DNA from: a virus
Strand: one strand, 5' to 3'
IMG/VR virus record: IMGVR_UViG_3300000176_000001
Length of the DNA stretch: 64,000 nt
Shown here: positions 33,287 through 43,800 of the stretch, piece after piece
Layout: the number at the start of each line of letters is the position of its first letter
How positions within the stretch are numbered: position 1 is the first letter of the stretch
Notes under the pieces: model-generated
Told to the model about the DNA's origin: nothing
The model's database searches: none
The model's input: only the letters and a program-made list of their open reading frames with translations
Translations under genes and position numbers: made by a program

Positions 33287-36200
33287 TCACATATTATGAG
33301 AAGCTAATTGGGTTTCTAATTTATTTATTTTATTCTGTAAAGATTGTATAGTAGATACTATATCAGCATAGAAGCCCATTTCTATACCGATCATCAATTT
33401 TCCTTCACCATCATCGTGCACACTATTAGGATATTGTTCTTGAAACTCTTGAGCAATGAATCCTGAATCAGGTTTTTCTGTATCTTTCCATGTAAAATTA
33501 ACTGGATTAAGAGCCATAATCCGACTAGGAGCATCTGTAATAGTAGAAATATCTTTCTTTAAAGTCCTATCAGAAGATATACCCCATGTTGTAAGACCGT
33601 CTTCTCTAACAGGATAAGTAGAGCCGGAATTTGTCTGCACAGTAAATCTATTAACAGATATCTGAACTCTCGAAGTATTATAAAGAACACCAAAAGCTAA
33701 GAAACTACCATTCCAACTTATACCTGTATCACTAGAAAAATCTATATTTTTATATCCAGATACAGATTCCAATCGAGGATATTGACCCACAGCAGCGACA
33801 AAGCTGCCCGCGGTTATACTATTAACACTTAAATTAAGAGTTCCGTTTCCTAATGAAGATACAGTAGCATAGTTACTAAGAGAACTAATAGTAGCATAAC
33901 TACTAAGCGTACTTGAAAGTGAGCTAGTAGTCACATAGCTACCTAGTGCTCCAGAAGTCACATAGCCAGAATCATTACTGAGCTGACTTACTCTAGTAGG
34001 TATCGAGGATGAAGTAACATACCCAGGACCGTTTGTAAATGAACTAAGATCGGTAGGCCTACCCGTTTGATTAGTATAAGTTAAGTAATAACTACCTGGC
34101 TGATTATTCAAGAGAGTAGAGTTAGCAGCTGTACCATTAATTGGAGAGAAATTAGTAGCGTTTGCAAAGGTCGGCACACCGGTTAGATTATTATAATTTA
34201 AATAATAAGATCCAGGTAAACCGTTTAAATTGGTAGCATTGTAAGCAATACCATTGATTCCAAAACCATTGGTCGAGTTAGCAAATGTATCGGACGTATA
34301 TCCAGATAAAGATGTTGGCTTCCCAGATAAATTGCTAAAAGTTATATATGTACCAAAATTACCACTGGTCACGACTGTGGAATTATTAACTGTAAGAACG
34401 GCAGCAATTCCCGAGTTAAACGCCCATGTGTCTTGAGCACCACTAGTTGTGAACACTAGATTCTTTGTAGAAGTCGCAGTAGACCCAAAATATATAACCG
34501 GAGAAGTTCCGGAACCACCTACCCTGAAATATGTATTAGAGATTATACTATTAAATGATGGATTACCTGATGTATTAGTGCTCTGATTGAGAGGATACTG
34601 AGTTATATTATAAGCATTACCAGTAAATACAGTAGAGTTAGCCAAAGCATATACTGTAGTATTTCCTATAGTTATAGAAGCAGTACCATATGCATTATTT
34701 CCAACACTTAGATTGTTATTAACAGTAGCACCATTTGCAAATAGTATGTTAGTACTGACATTTCCTATAGCAATATTACTAGACCAATAAGGGGCAAATG
34801 TACCACTTCCACTAGCTGTTAAGACTTGACCAGTAGTTCCATTACTCCACGAGCCACTACCATAGACGCTTAACGATTGAGCTATATTAGCTCCAAGAGC
34901 TACATTGAGTGTTCCATTAATATCTACCAGAGCCCCAGGAGATGTTGTATTAAATCCAGTATTACCAAAAACATACATGGCATCAGAGATAGATCTTGCT
35001 GATGTCGGAGGTGCCGATCCTACACCAATTCCACTTGGACCAACATTGAACTGTCTAAACTGATATGCTGTAGTGTTGGCCGATCCAGTGCTTATATATC
35101 TATATGAGTCCCACGTACCAGAAGCTGCTACATCATTATTTTGAAATAGATATAATGTATTTGATGTTCCTGTGCCAAGCGGATTATCTATCTCGACATA
35201 CGCAACTGGAGTAGACGTTCCATAACCAGTATTACCACCTAGTGTGACATTTAAAGTAGTGCCTACTTTAAATGTATTACCACCTATAACTGCACCATTT
35301 GCACCTATTACAGTATTACCAGCTGTATTTTGAACCCATAAAACTGAGTTAGACGTGACAGTACTATTTCCTGCAATTAGTCCTGAATAAGAGACAGATA
35401 CATTTCCTACAGTGGTTCCAGTTCCATTAAATGTAATAGCTGCAGTATTAACAACAGTATTTGTTACAGTAGAGTTACCAAAATAAGTTGTTCCTTGAAC
35501 AGCTGCATTACCAAAAAATACATTAGAACCGGTAAAGTTTAAATTACCTGACAATACACGACTATCAGCATTCTGCACATAAACGTTAGCATTAACACCA
35601 CCTAGTTTTGCTGTGTCACCAACAGTAATTCCAGGCTGAGCTGACTGTAAAACTCCATATAGGTTACACGCGTATAAATTATTCCATGTTTGTGTAGGAG
35701 ACCCAATATCTTGCGTACTACTCGCGGCAGGCATTATTGAGACATTTGACATCCAGGCACCAGAAGCCGCTGAGTAAACTAGATTAGCATACGTCGACAC
35801 TACAATTCCAGAGCCGTTTGCCGCTGCAGTAGTTCCTGCTCCATTAGCTAATACCAAATTCTTATCAGTTGTAGTAATAGATACAGAGTTAATGAATGTA
35901 GTTGTTCCAGAAAATGTAAGGTTACCGCCGACAGTCATGTTGCCGCCAACATATACATCCCCAGAGATGTTAGCCCATGCTAGGTTAGCTAGAGAAGTAG
36001 TCACTAGATAAGATGTCTGTACATTACCGTTTAGCGCGTATAAACCCGAGGAATTAGATATTGTAGATACTGTGCCATTCGTAACAGTAAGCGACGAGTT
36101 TATTGTCAAGTTAGCTATAGTAAAGTTGCCAGTAGTATTGACAGTATTAATCGGAGCTCGTGCCCATGCTAATGTGCCAGAGACGATATTAGTAGCATTA

Positions 36201-36754
36201 GTATAATAAGAAGGAAGATTACCACCAAGGTTTAATGCATTATTTGCTGTAGCACTAATAACTGTCGAGTTAATCTGAACGTTAACTGATGAGTTACCTA
36301 TAACTATCAGACTATTATTAACTGTAACACCATTTGATGTCGAGTTGATAGTATTAATGTATATAGTTGTATTGGCTGTTGAGTTACCAAAATAGTTATT
36401 TGCTGCGGTAAAGTTAAGATTACCTGCGATGGTAAAGTTACCAGTAGTGTTTACAGTATTTGCAGCTTGATAAGCCCAAGGAAGTGTTCCCGCATTTATG
36501 TTAGTGGCATTTGTGTAATAAGAACCAGGTTGACTATTTAGATTAGTAGAGTTGGCCGAGGTGCCACTGTAGTTTGCAGATGTCAGAGTACCCGTGACAG
36601 ATGAGTTAGATATAGTTAATGTTAGGGTATTTGTGCTAGGAGAGGTAAAGACCGCATTGACGGTGGTATTACCTATGTGGACCTCTGTTGAGTTGGCTGT
36701 AAAGGTAGTGTTTACTACTAGGCCATTCTTAACTACAAAATCTTTATCTGACAT
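33287..36754 (-). CDS. tail fibre / spike with C-terminal intramolecular chaperone (peptidase S74)
   Basis: KDFVVKNGL N-terminus; SDRTLKKDI...GFIAQE chaperone followed by a coiled-coil tail. Confidence 0.85.
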   Translation of the reverse strand: MSDKDFVVKNGLVVNTTFTANSTEVHIGNTTVNAVFTSPSTNTLTLTISNSSVTGTLTSANYSGTSANSTNLNSQPGSYYTNATNINAGTLPWAYQAANTVNTTGNFTIAGNLNFTAANNYFGNSTANTTIYINTINSTSNGVTVNNSLIVIGNSSVNVQINSTVISATANNALNLGGNLPSYYTNATNIVSGTLAWARAPINTVNTTGNFTIANLTINSSLTVTNGTVSTISNSSGLYALNGNVQTSYLVTTSLANLAWANISGDVYVGGNMTVGGNLTFSGTTTFINSVSITTTDKNLVLANGAGTTAAANGSGIVVSTYANLVYSAASGAWMSNVSIMPAASSTQDIGSPTQTWNNLYACNLYGVLQSAQPGITVGDTAKLGGVNANVYVQNADSRVLSGNLNFTGSNVFFGNAAVQGTTYFGNSTVTNTVVNTAAITFNGTGTTVGNVSVSYSGLIAGNSTVTSNSVLWVQNTAGNTVIGANGAVIGGNTFKVGTTLNVTLGGNTGYGTSTPVAYVEIDNPLGTGTSNTLYLFQNNDVAASGTWDSYRYISTGSANTTAYQFRQFNVGPSGIGVGSAPPTSARSISDAMYVFGNTGFNTTSPGALVDINGTLNVALGANIAQSLSVYGSGSWSNGTTGQVLTASGSGTFAPYWSSNIAIGNVSTNILFANGATVNNNLSVGNNAYGTASITIGNTTVYALANSTVFTGNAYNITQYPLNQSTNTSGNPSFNSIISNTYFRVGGSGTSPVIYFGSTATSTKNLVFTTSGAQDTWAFNSGIAAVLTVNNSTVVTSGNFGTYITFSNLSGKPTSLSGYTSDTFANSTNGFGINGIAYNATNLNGLPGSYYLNYNNLTGVPTFANATNFSPINGTAANSTLLNNQPGSYYLTYTNQTGRPTDLSSFTNGPGYVTSSSIPTRVSQLSNDSGYVTSGALGSYVTTSSLSSTLSSYATISSLSNYATVSSLGNGTLNLSVNSITAGSFVAAVGQYPRLESVSGYKNIDFSSDTGISWNGSFLAFGVLYNTSRVQISVNRFTVQTNSGSTYPVREDGLTTWGISSDRTLKKDISTITDAPSRIMALNPVNFTWKDTEKPDSGFIAQEFQEQYPNSVHDDGEGKLMIGIEMGFYADIVSTIQSLQNKINKLETQLASHNM

Positions 36755-36782
36755 CTGGTTCCCTTTCCCGCAGAATTTTGAC

Positions 36783-36790
36783 TATTTATA
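36783..36790 (-). promoter_or_regulatory. late promoter TATAAATA
   Basis: Exact consensus upstream of the fibre gene. Confidence 0.8.
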
Positions 36791-36801
36791 ATAATTCTTA
36801 G

Positions 36802-37119
36802 TTAGAAAGGAAGGTCTTTTTGCTCAATTGCTCTAGTATTTATAATCGATTCTATTGCCTTGGATATATCATCTTCTATAGTAGAAACATTCAGATACTC
36901 GTCTGTCCAGTTATCAAAGATCTCCCTAGTTAAACTAGAGTATACAATAAAGTCTTCTGGATTAACCGTCGGTAAATCAACACGGTTGTTTATAGACATA
37001 ATATTTCCTTCACCATCATCTCCAGTAATTAAGCACTGGTATGATATAACTACGTCTGATAAGTCACCAACTTTAGTGACCATCGGGCTACTATATGTTC
37101 TCGTATATGTTATGGCCAT
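36802..37119 (-). CDS. tail-fibre-associated small protein
   Basis: 105-aa acidic ORF with F..YSSLT...W and an LPF end. Confidence 0.6.
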   Translation of the reverse strand: MAITYTRTYSSPMVTKVGDLSDVVISYQCLITGDDGEGNIMSINNRVDLPTVNPEDFIVYSSLTREIFDNWTDEYLNVSTIEDDISKAIESIINTRAIEQKDLPF

Positions 37120-37120
37120 A

Positions 37121-37999
37121 TTAGACTCCTATTGCGTGATAGTATACTGTACTTGATGTCGCGCTGTTGGTGGTGACAGTAGCCGTAGTATTATTTGCGC
37201 CACTAAGCCACACAAACGCGGTACCGACAGTTCCACTAACTGTTACGTTATAAAGTGTAGTAAATGCACTAGCAAATGTACCAGACACACCCAAGCTATT
37301 TGCAGATATTGATCCCCAGTTCAACTTAATACCGTTTGGAAGCACTGTGTAACCAGTAGCTGCTGCAGTAGACTTACCACCAATATAGACACCCGCAGTG
37401 TTTACTATAGCATTTGCAGTATTATTTCCTATAAACATAGATGTTGCTGCTAATGTTGCACCACCAGTACCGGTTGTATTAGCAGACGCAGTTGGATTAA
37501 GTACTAAAGAGCTTGTATTATGAGTAGTATTAATCGTGCTATTACCAAAAAACAACGTTGTTAAACTCATTGCAGCACCACCTGTACCGGTAGTATTAGC
37601 TGCCGATATAGGATTTAAAGACAATGAACTTGTATTAACAGTCGCATTAATTGTATTATTACCAACTAACATAACGGTACTATTTGCTACATAACCACCT
37701 GTACCAGTCGTAGTAGACAGAGCACCACCTACAGATAGTGTACTTGCAGTAAGTGTAGAGTTGGCAAGTGTGTTTCCAATGAATATTGTAGTATTTGTAA
37801 CAGAAAAAGCACCTGTACCAGTAGTGGCTGCTGTACCACCAGTTATATTAATAGTATTAGTAAATGCATACTGGGAAGAAGCATTAACACTGGCAGATAC
37901 TGGTTGCCATGACACATAGGTACCATTCGAGGTTAGGACCTGACCATTGGTAGACCCATCACTCGATATATAACCTGGATGTATTAGTTGATTTGACAT
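37121..37999 (-). CDS. short fibre protein
   Basis: GQVLTSNG and TTGTGG modules shared with the giant fibre; GYTVLPNG.KLNWG...YYHAIG C-terminal domain. Confidence 0.7.
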   Translation of the reverse strand: MSNQLIHPGYISSDGSTNGQVLTSNGTYVSWQPVSASVNASSQYAFTNTINITGGTAATTGTGAFSVTNTTIFIGNTLANSTLTASTLSVGGALSTTTGTGGYVANSTVMLVGNNTINATVNTSSLSLNPISAANTTGTGGAAMSLTTLFFGNSTINTTHNTSSLVLNPTASANTTGTGGATLAATSMFIGNNTANAIVNTAGVYIGGKSTAAATGYTVLPNGIKLNWGSISANSLGVSGTFASAFTTLYNVTVSGTVGTAFVWLSGANNTTATVTTNSATSSTVYYHAIGV

Positions 38000-38020
38000 A
38001 GTGACCTATCTCTGTTATTC

Positions 38021-38260
38021 TTATTTATTAAGAAGGGAAATGATTTGATCTAACTTTGTAGAATCTACAAGTGACACATCATTTTTTAAGTCTGTTATAA
38101 GATTAGTAACAAATGTTCTCCAGAATGCTTTTTGTTCATCAGTCACATATGATGGCCATTCTGTTATAAATGCAGCAGGAGCATTTGTATCATTTGGCAT
38201 ATCTCTCCAATATGGCCAAGAAGTACATTGCATTGCGTATTTTTCTATAAGCTCGTCCAT
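38021..38260 (-). CDS. hypothetical protein
   Basis: 79-aa ORF with an AGGA Shine-Dalgarno. Confidence 0.6.
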   Translation of the reverse strand: MDELIEKYAMQCTSWPYWRDMPNDTNAPAAFITEWPSYVTDEQKAFWRTFVTNLITDLKNDVSLVDSTKLDQIISLLNK

Positions 38261-38269
38261 TGTAATTCC

Positions 38270-40441
38270 TTAACGATCGTTAAATGGTAATGATGTTGGA
38301 GTAAAATTAGTTGTATAACGTGCTAAACCTTTAGTAATACGAACTTCATCAATATAACCTTGAAAATAGTTACCTAAATTATTATTTGTTCCAATATTAA
38401 ATGTACCACCATTATCTTTAGTAGTTATAATAATAGTATTACTTGCCAATAAAGTTCCATTTAAAAAAGATAACATTTGATTACCGTTTCGAACTAATGC
38501 TACATGATACCATGTATTATTTGCAATACCATTGTATGCATTTTGAATATACGTAGACCCAGTAGTACCATCTGCAATCATAAAAAGTAATTGTCCAGAA
38601 GTTCCATTTAAAAATATTCCATAAGATGGGTTAGTTGATGATTGGTTCCAATCTTTTGCGATAATAGATTGTTGACCTACAGCAGTATTAGAAGCATTAA
38701 ACCAACATTCAACAGTAAAATTAGGAGCACCAGTAGATAAATCTAATGTTGGTGAATTTGGAGCTCTTATATAACTTACGCCTGGAAAATACATACTACT
38801 ATTACCAACAGCATTCGCACTATTACTGATTACTACAGAATTAGCTGTTATTAAATTAACTTTTTCAGCTTGATCAATAATATTGCCATTGACACCATTT
38901 ACGAGAAGCACTGGGTTATTACCACCATCAGATGAAACAGGCGATGTTGGTGGTGAAAAAATTAAAGATCCTACAGTAGTATTTGTTGTTTGGAATGCAG
39001 AAGGAATATAACCATTAAATAATCTAGCATTAGACTGATAAAATCTTCCATATGAAGTACCAGCCAAATTACTGGCAACTCCCATATACAATGATCCTGT
39101 CGCAGATGACATAGCATTGGCGTAAGTACCGCTTGCGGCAAGATAACCATTAACAAATATTCTACACACACCACCTGTATCTCTTGTATAAGCAATATGA
39201 GACCAGCTATTAAGAGGAACTGAATAAGGAGAAGGTAAAGCTGTATTTCTAACAGCAATGTAAGTAGCCACACCAGTACCATTTATAGTCCATTGAATAG
39301 AATTTGCACTAACAATACTAAATCCCCACGTAGGACCAGCGCTACCATAAGACCAATTTCTACTGGCCAAAAGAACAGCATTGGTATAGTTTACAGGATA
39401 TACCCATGCATCATAAGAAACAGCAACACCAGATGCAAAATCAAAATTACTTACATAAGGAACAGTAGCATAATCAGTTGAAGTAAGACCTGCAACATTA
39501 TACATAACACTACCGCCAATACTAGTATTATACGTATTTGATGGAGCGAATGGTGATGTAGGTAATACAGATGGTGTTCCTGTTAATGTAATTGCTAAAT
39601 TATTTGTAGAATTATCAACATATCTATTAGATTGACAAGTAAGTAATATTGTTCCAGATACTGCAGTTAAAGATGTAGTAGGAACTGATAGAGTAGTATT
39701 TGTTACGCCATAAACATCAGTATTAGTTACACGAAGATTACTAATATATCCTTTAGGTCCAGATGAAAATGTTATAGCCCAAGCAGCTGTAGTAAATGTA
39801 GTCGAAGAAGTACCAGTGCCATAGCTAGTACCATCTACCCAAATTCTCATACTATTACTAGAACTTCTTGCTAATACAATATGGTGCCAAGCATTTAAAT
39901 TATTAGCTATGTTAAAAGTACTTGCAAAAATATCACCTGTTCCAAACAAATTTGCAGTTAATAAACCAGCATTATTATATAATTGAATTCCACCAGCTGC
40001 AGTAACACCAGTTATTGCACCTGATGCAGAAGTTGTAAAATAAGCCCAAAATTCTATAGTAAAGGTTCCAGAAAACCCAAATCCAGCATTAGAAGCTACT
40101 GTTGCATAATCAGATGTTGTTGGAAAATAATTAGACCAACCAGTAACAGAAAACGGCGAAAATGTACCTTGAGTTGCATTGCCAAATTTTGTTATTGTAT
40201 AATTGTTTATGCTACTATCTATTATTAAGTTATTATTTGATCCATTAACACCTTCAGCATGAATTAGTAATGAATTATAATTGAAATATGGTTCTGATTG
40301 TCCTGGAGGATAATAACCTGGCCATAATCCAGATCTTTGAAATTTTTCAGCATCTTTTAGTGTCCAGATGCCACTAGCACTACCAATCGTTGGCTGGTTG
40401 CTGGTACCTGTTACACCGCCGTCATGTCTTACTCTAGTCAT
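38270..40441 (-). CDS. virion protein with three LamG/concanavalin-A-like domains
   Basis: Three repeats of FT(I/V)E.W ... W.H....R ... GYI...R. Confidence 0.8.
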   Translation of the reverse strand: MTRVRHDGGVTGTSNQPTIGSASGIWTLKDAEKFQRSGLWPGYYPPGQSEPYFNYNSLLIHAEGVNGSNNNLIIDSSINNYTITKFGNATQGTFSPFSVTGWSNYFPTTSDYATVASNAGFGFSGTFTIEFWAYFTTSASGAITGVTAAGGIQLYNNAGLLTANLFGTGDIFASTFNIANNLNAWHHIVLARSSSNSMRIWVDGTSYGTGTSSTTFTTAAWAITFSSGPKGYISNLRVTNTDVYGVTNTTLSVPTTSLTAVSGTILLTCQSNRYVDNSTNNLAITLTGTPSVLPTSPFAPSNTYNTSIGGSVMYNVAGLTSTDYATVPYVSNFDFASGVAVSYDAWVYPVNYTNAVLLASRNWSYGSAGPTWGFSIVSANSIQWTINGTGVATYIAVRNTALPSPYSVPLNSWSHIAYTRDTGGVCRIFVNGYLAASGTYANAMSSATGSLYMGVASNLAGTSYGRFYQSNARLFNGYIPSAFQTTNTTVGSLIFSPPTSPVSSDGGNNPVLLVNGVNGNIIDQAEKVNLITANSVVISNSANAVGNSSMYFPGVSYIRAPNSPTLDLSTGAPNFTVECWFNASNTAVGQQSIIAKDWNQSSTNPSYGIFLNGTSGQLLFMIADGTTGSTYIQNAYNGIANNTWYHVALVRNGNQMLSFLNGTLLASNTIIITTKDNGGTFNIGTNNNLGNYFQGYIDEVRITKGLARYTTNFTPTSLPFNDR

Positions 40442-40803
40442 TAGCTTATCTGCTCATAGCTTGCTACAGCTGTTAATGATGAATTTGCACCAGCTGTTAA
40501 TTGAATTGAATTATTTTCTAAAAGATAAATCATACTATCTTTACCAATTATTACCAATGAAGAGTTAGCAGGTACAACTACACTTTTAGCAAGAGCAGTA
40601 TTTGTACCAGCTTGATTTAATTCTACAGTAACAGTCATTGATGAAGGAACTGTATTGACATTACAAATAGTTAATGCATTTAATTTATAAACAGTACTTG
40701 AACCTGCTGGATTTTGTACTACGTTAGCAGTTGTTGTTGAAACAGCTAGTACTGCAGTATTTCCGTAAATCGTACTTACGTTTACTATATTTGGATTTGC
40801 CAT
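40441..40803 (-). CDS. small virion structural / fibre connector protein
   Basis: MANPNIVNV...SYEQIS, beta-rich; follows the giant fibre gene. Confidence 0.65.
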   Translation of the reverse strand: MANPNIVNVSTIYGNTAVLAVSTTTANVVQNPAGSSTVYKLNALTICNVNTVPSSMTVTVELNQAGTNTALAKSVVVPANSSLVIIGKDSMIYLLENNSIQLTAGANSSLTAVASYEQIS

Positions 40804-40808
40804 TAGAA

Positions 40809-43800
40809 TTAACCTCCGAAAACTATCGCCATAGCAATGGCCTTACCTGTTGATACACCGCCGCCTGCATATATATTATCAAAATTTCTAACCTCGACTA
40901 TACTATTGGCTATTGGGGCAGTAGTCATAGTCAATGTAGTCCCAGATATAGAGTAGTGTGTGACTGGAAGCTGAACCATACCATCAAGTGTCACTATAGA
41001 GTTATTTTGGTTTCTTACTGCTGTAGATATCGTAAATGTAGTCTGAGTACCATTCGCTGTGAATGAATCAGATATTGCATTTGACTGAGGAACATTCGGT
41101 AGCGCCCAATATGCTACGGTTCCATTTGATGTAAGAACTTGACCAGATGTTCCAGTTGTACCATTAGCTGACACGTTAGCAATAGTAATTGTATTACTAA
41201 ATGTAATAGTATTAGTGAATGTGTATTGTGACGCTGTATTAACACTTCCACCACCCGAAACGTTTGACCAGTAAACGTTACCAGATCCGTTAGAGGTAAG
41301 AACTTGTCCTGCAGTACCGTTACTTCCATTAATCTGTATGACACTATTAACACCAAGAATACCGGCATGTATGACAGTATTAGAAAATGTTTGTGTTCCA
41401 GTATATGTAAAGTTGGCTGTCGTATTAACATAGTTTGTCAGAGTAGTCGATAGCTGTGAGTTAGTGACAAATGTAGATAATCCATAACCACCAAAATTTA
41501 GAGCATTGTTTGCAGTACCGCTAAACGATGTTACAGTAGAATTTGTTGTTATAGCAGCATTGACAGTAGAGTTACCAAATGTTATACCAGACGTACTAAC
41601 AACTACCGTGTTTGATGCAGTAGAGTTACTGAGAGCTACATATGTAGAACTTATAATAATATTACCAGAAGGACTTACTATAGAATCTGTGATATTATTA
41701 CCATAACCATAATAAGTCGAGTTACCTGTATAGAAGTGAGTAGCATTTGTCTGAGTATTAACAGTAGAGTTACCAACAGTTAATGTATTATTAATAATAA
41801 CATTAGCTGTATGGGTTATAGTATTTGTAAATGTCTGGGTATTTGTCCAAGTATACTGTGCAGCTGTATTAATACTATTAATAAGTGCAGTACCATTAAC
41901 ATATACGCCGGTAGTATTTATAACAGCATTTGACGTACTATTACCAATTGTTAAAGCCGTGCCTGTTAAATAGGCTCCGCCAGTTCCAGTCGTGTTGGCT
42001 GAAGAAGATGGGTTAATTGCAAGACTAGATACACTAATATAAGCATTAACACTATTATTACCGGCAAAGAATGACGATGTGTTAACTTTACCAGTACCTG
42101 TACCAGTACCTATAGCAGTACTAACAAGTAGAGATGATCCTTCTGATGTATTATATGATCCGTTCCAATAAAGATTACCACTATTATTTCCAGCCCATAG
42201 CACAGGACCGCCACCACTCTGATCCCACTGTAGAGCTCCAGAACCAGTCGTATTAGCAGTACCAGTGCCTATAGTAAGTTTACCACCATTAGGCGCACCC
42301 ATAACCCAGCTAGTTGTATTCATTGCAACGTTTGTAGCAGAATTTCCAAAGAATAATGTTTGGCCTGTAGCATTAAATCCACCGGTACCGGTAGTATTTG
42401 CAGAACCTGCGCCGATACTTATTGTAGTTGTACTAATAGAAACGTTGCTTGCATTATTACCTAAAAATATTCCTGTGCCTGTAGCATTAAATCCACCGGT
42501 ACCGGTAGTATTAGCAGAAGCAGTAGGATTTATTGATAATGATGATGTATTTTGAATAGTATTAACTGTAGAGTTACCAATAAACAGCCCAATAGTATTG
42601 ATGTATAAACCACCGGTACCGGTAGTATTAGCAGAAGCAGTAGGATTAAGTATTATAGTACTTGTATTATACGTAGCATTAATTGTGTTATTTCCAAAGA
42701 ACATACCGTTAATTGGATCTAGTGAAAGACCACCATTACCAGTAGTGTTAGCACCCGAAGTAGGATTGAGATAAATTCCTACAGTATTAACTGTAGTATT
42801 AATACTCGCATTACCAATGAATAATGTATTAGGTGTTAAATATGCATTAGTGGTTGTATTTTGCATCACTAGTATTAAATTACCAGATGCATAATTAGCT
42901 GTCATATATGCATTAATTATATTATTACCAAAGAAATATGTAGAGTTATTTGCTATTGCACCACCAGTACCAGTTGTAGACTGGGTAGTAGATCCAAGAT
43001 ATAGATAAGCTCCAGCACTAGTTGATAGTGTAATGCCAAAGCTACTACCTGTATTTCCTAAATATAATCCACTTGTCGGGTTAAGCCAGAAGCCACCTGT
43101 TCCGGAACTATTAGCTGCTGCTGTCGGATTAATATAAATCTGAGAAGTATTAAAGAGACCGTTTGTTCCACTGGCATTATTCTGGTTAAAATATAAACCG
43201 GTACTATATAGATATGCATTTGTCGTAGAGCTACCGACAAAAAAGCCATTACCATTCATATTACTGTTGGCTCCTCCAGGAACTCCAGTATAAAATGTAC
43301 CAAATCTAATACCAGTAAGAGAAGTACTACCACCACCTTGTATTGTTAAACCATCACCAATAGTTGTTTGAGTATAGCCACCTACAGAAGTATTAGAACT
43401 AGCCGGATTAATAGTTAATATAGCTGCAGTGAGTTCATTAAAACGACCTCTAGTTGGGATAGACTCACCTATTATTATATTATCCATATATCCACGTTGC
43501 TGTGGATTTATAACGGTTGTTCCATAGGAAAATGTGCTTATATTATTACCAGTAGTAGAGTTATCAAATATGGTATGACTATAAGGAGTAGATATAAATG
43601 CAGGACCAGATGTAGCATTAATTCCAGGTGAACTATAAATTGTAGTTACTGTGTTTACTGTATTTGTTATACCATATATGGTACCAGTATTATTTGCAGT
43701 AAAGAGATTATAACCACCATATGAACCAAGCGAATACCATTGTGCTACTCCATTGTTTGCAACTGTCCAATTAACAAAATCAGTAGAACTAAAAATATAG

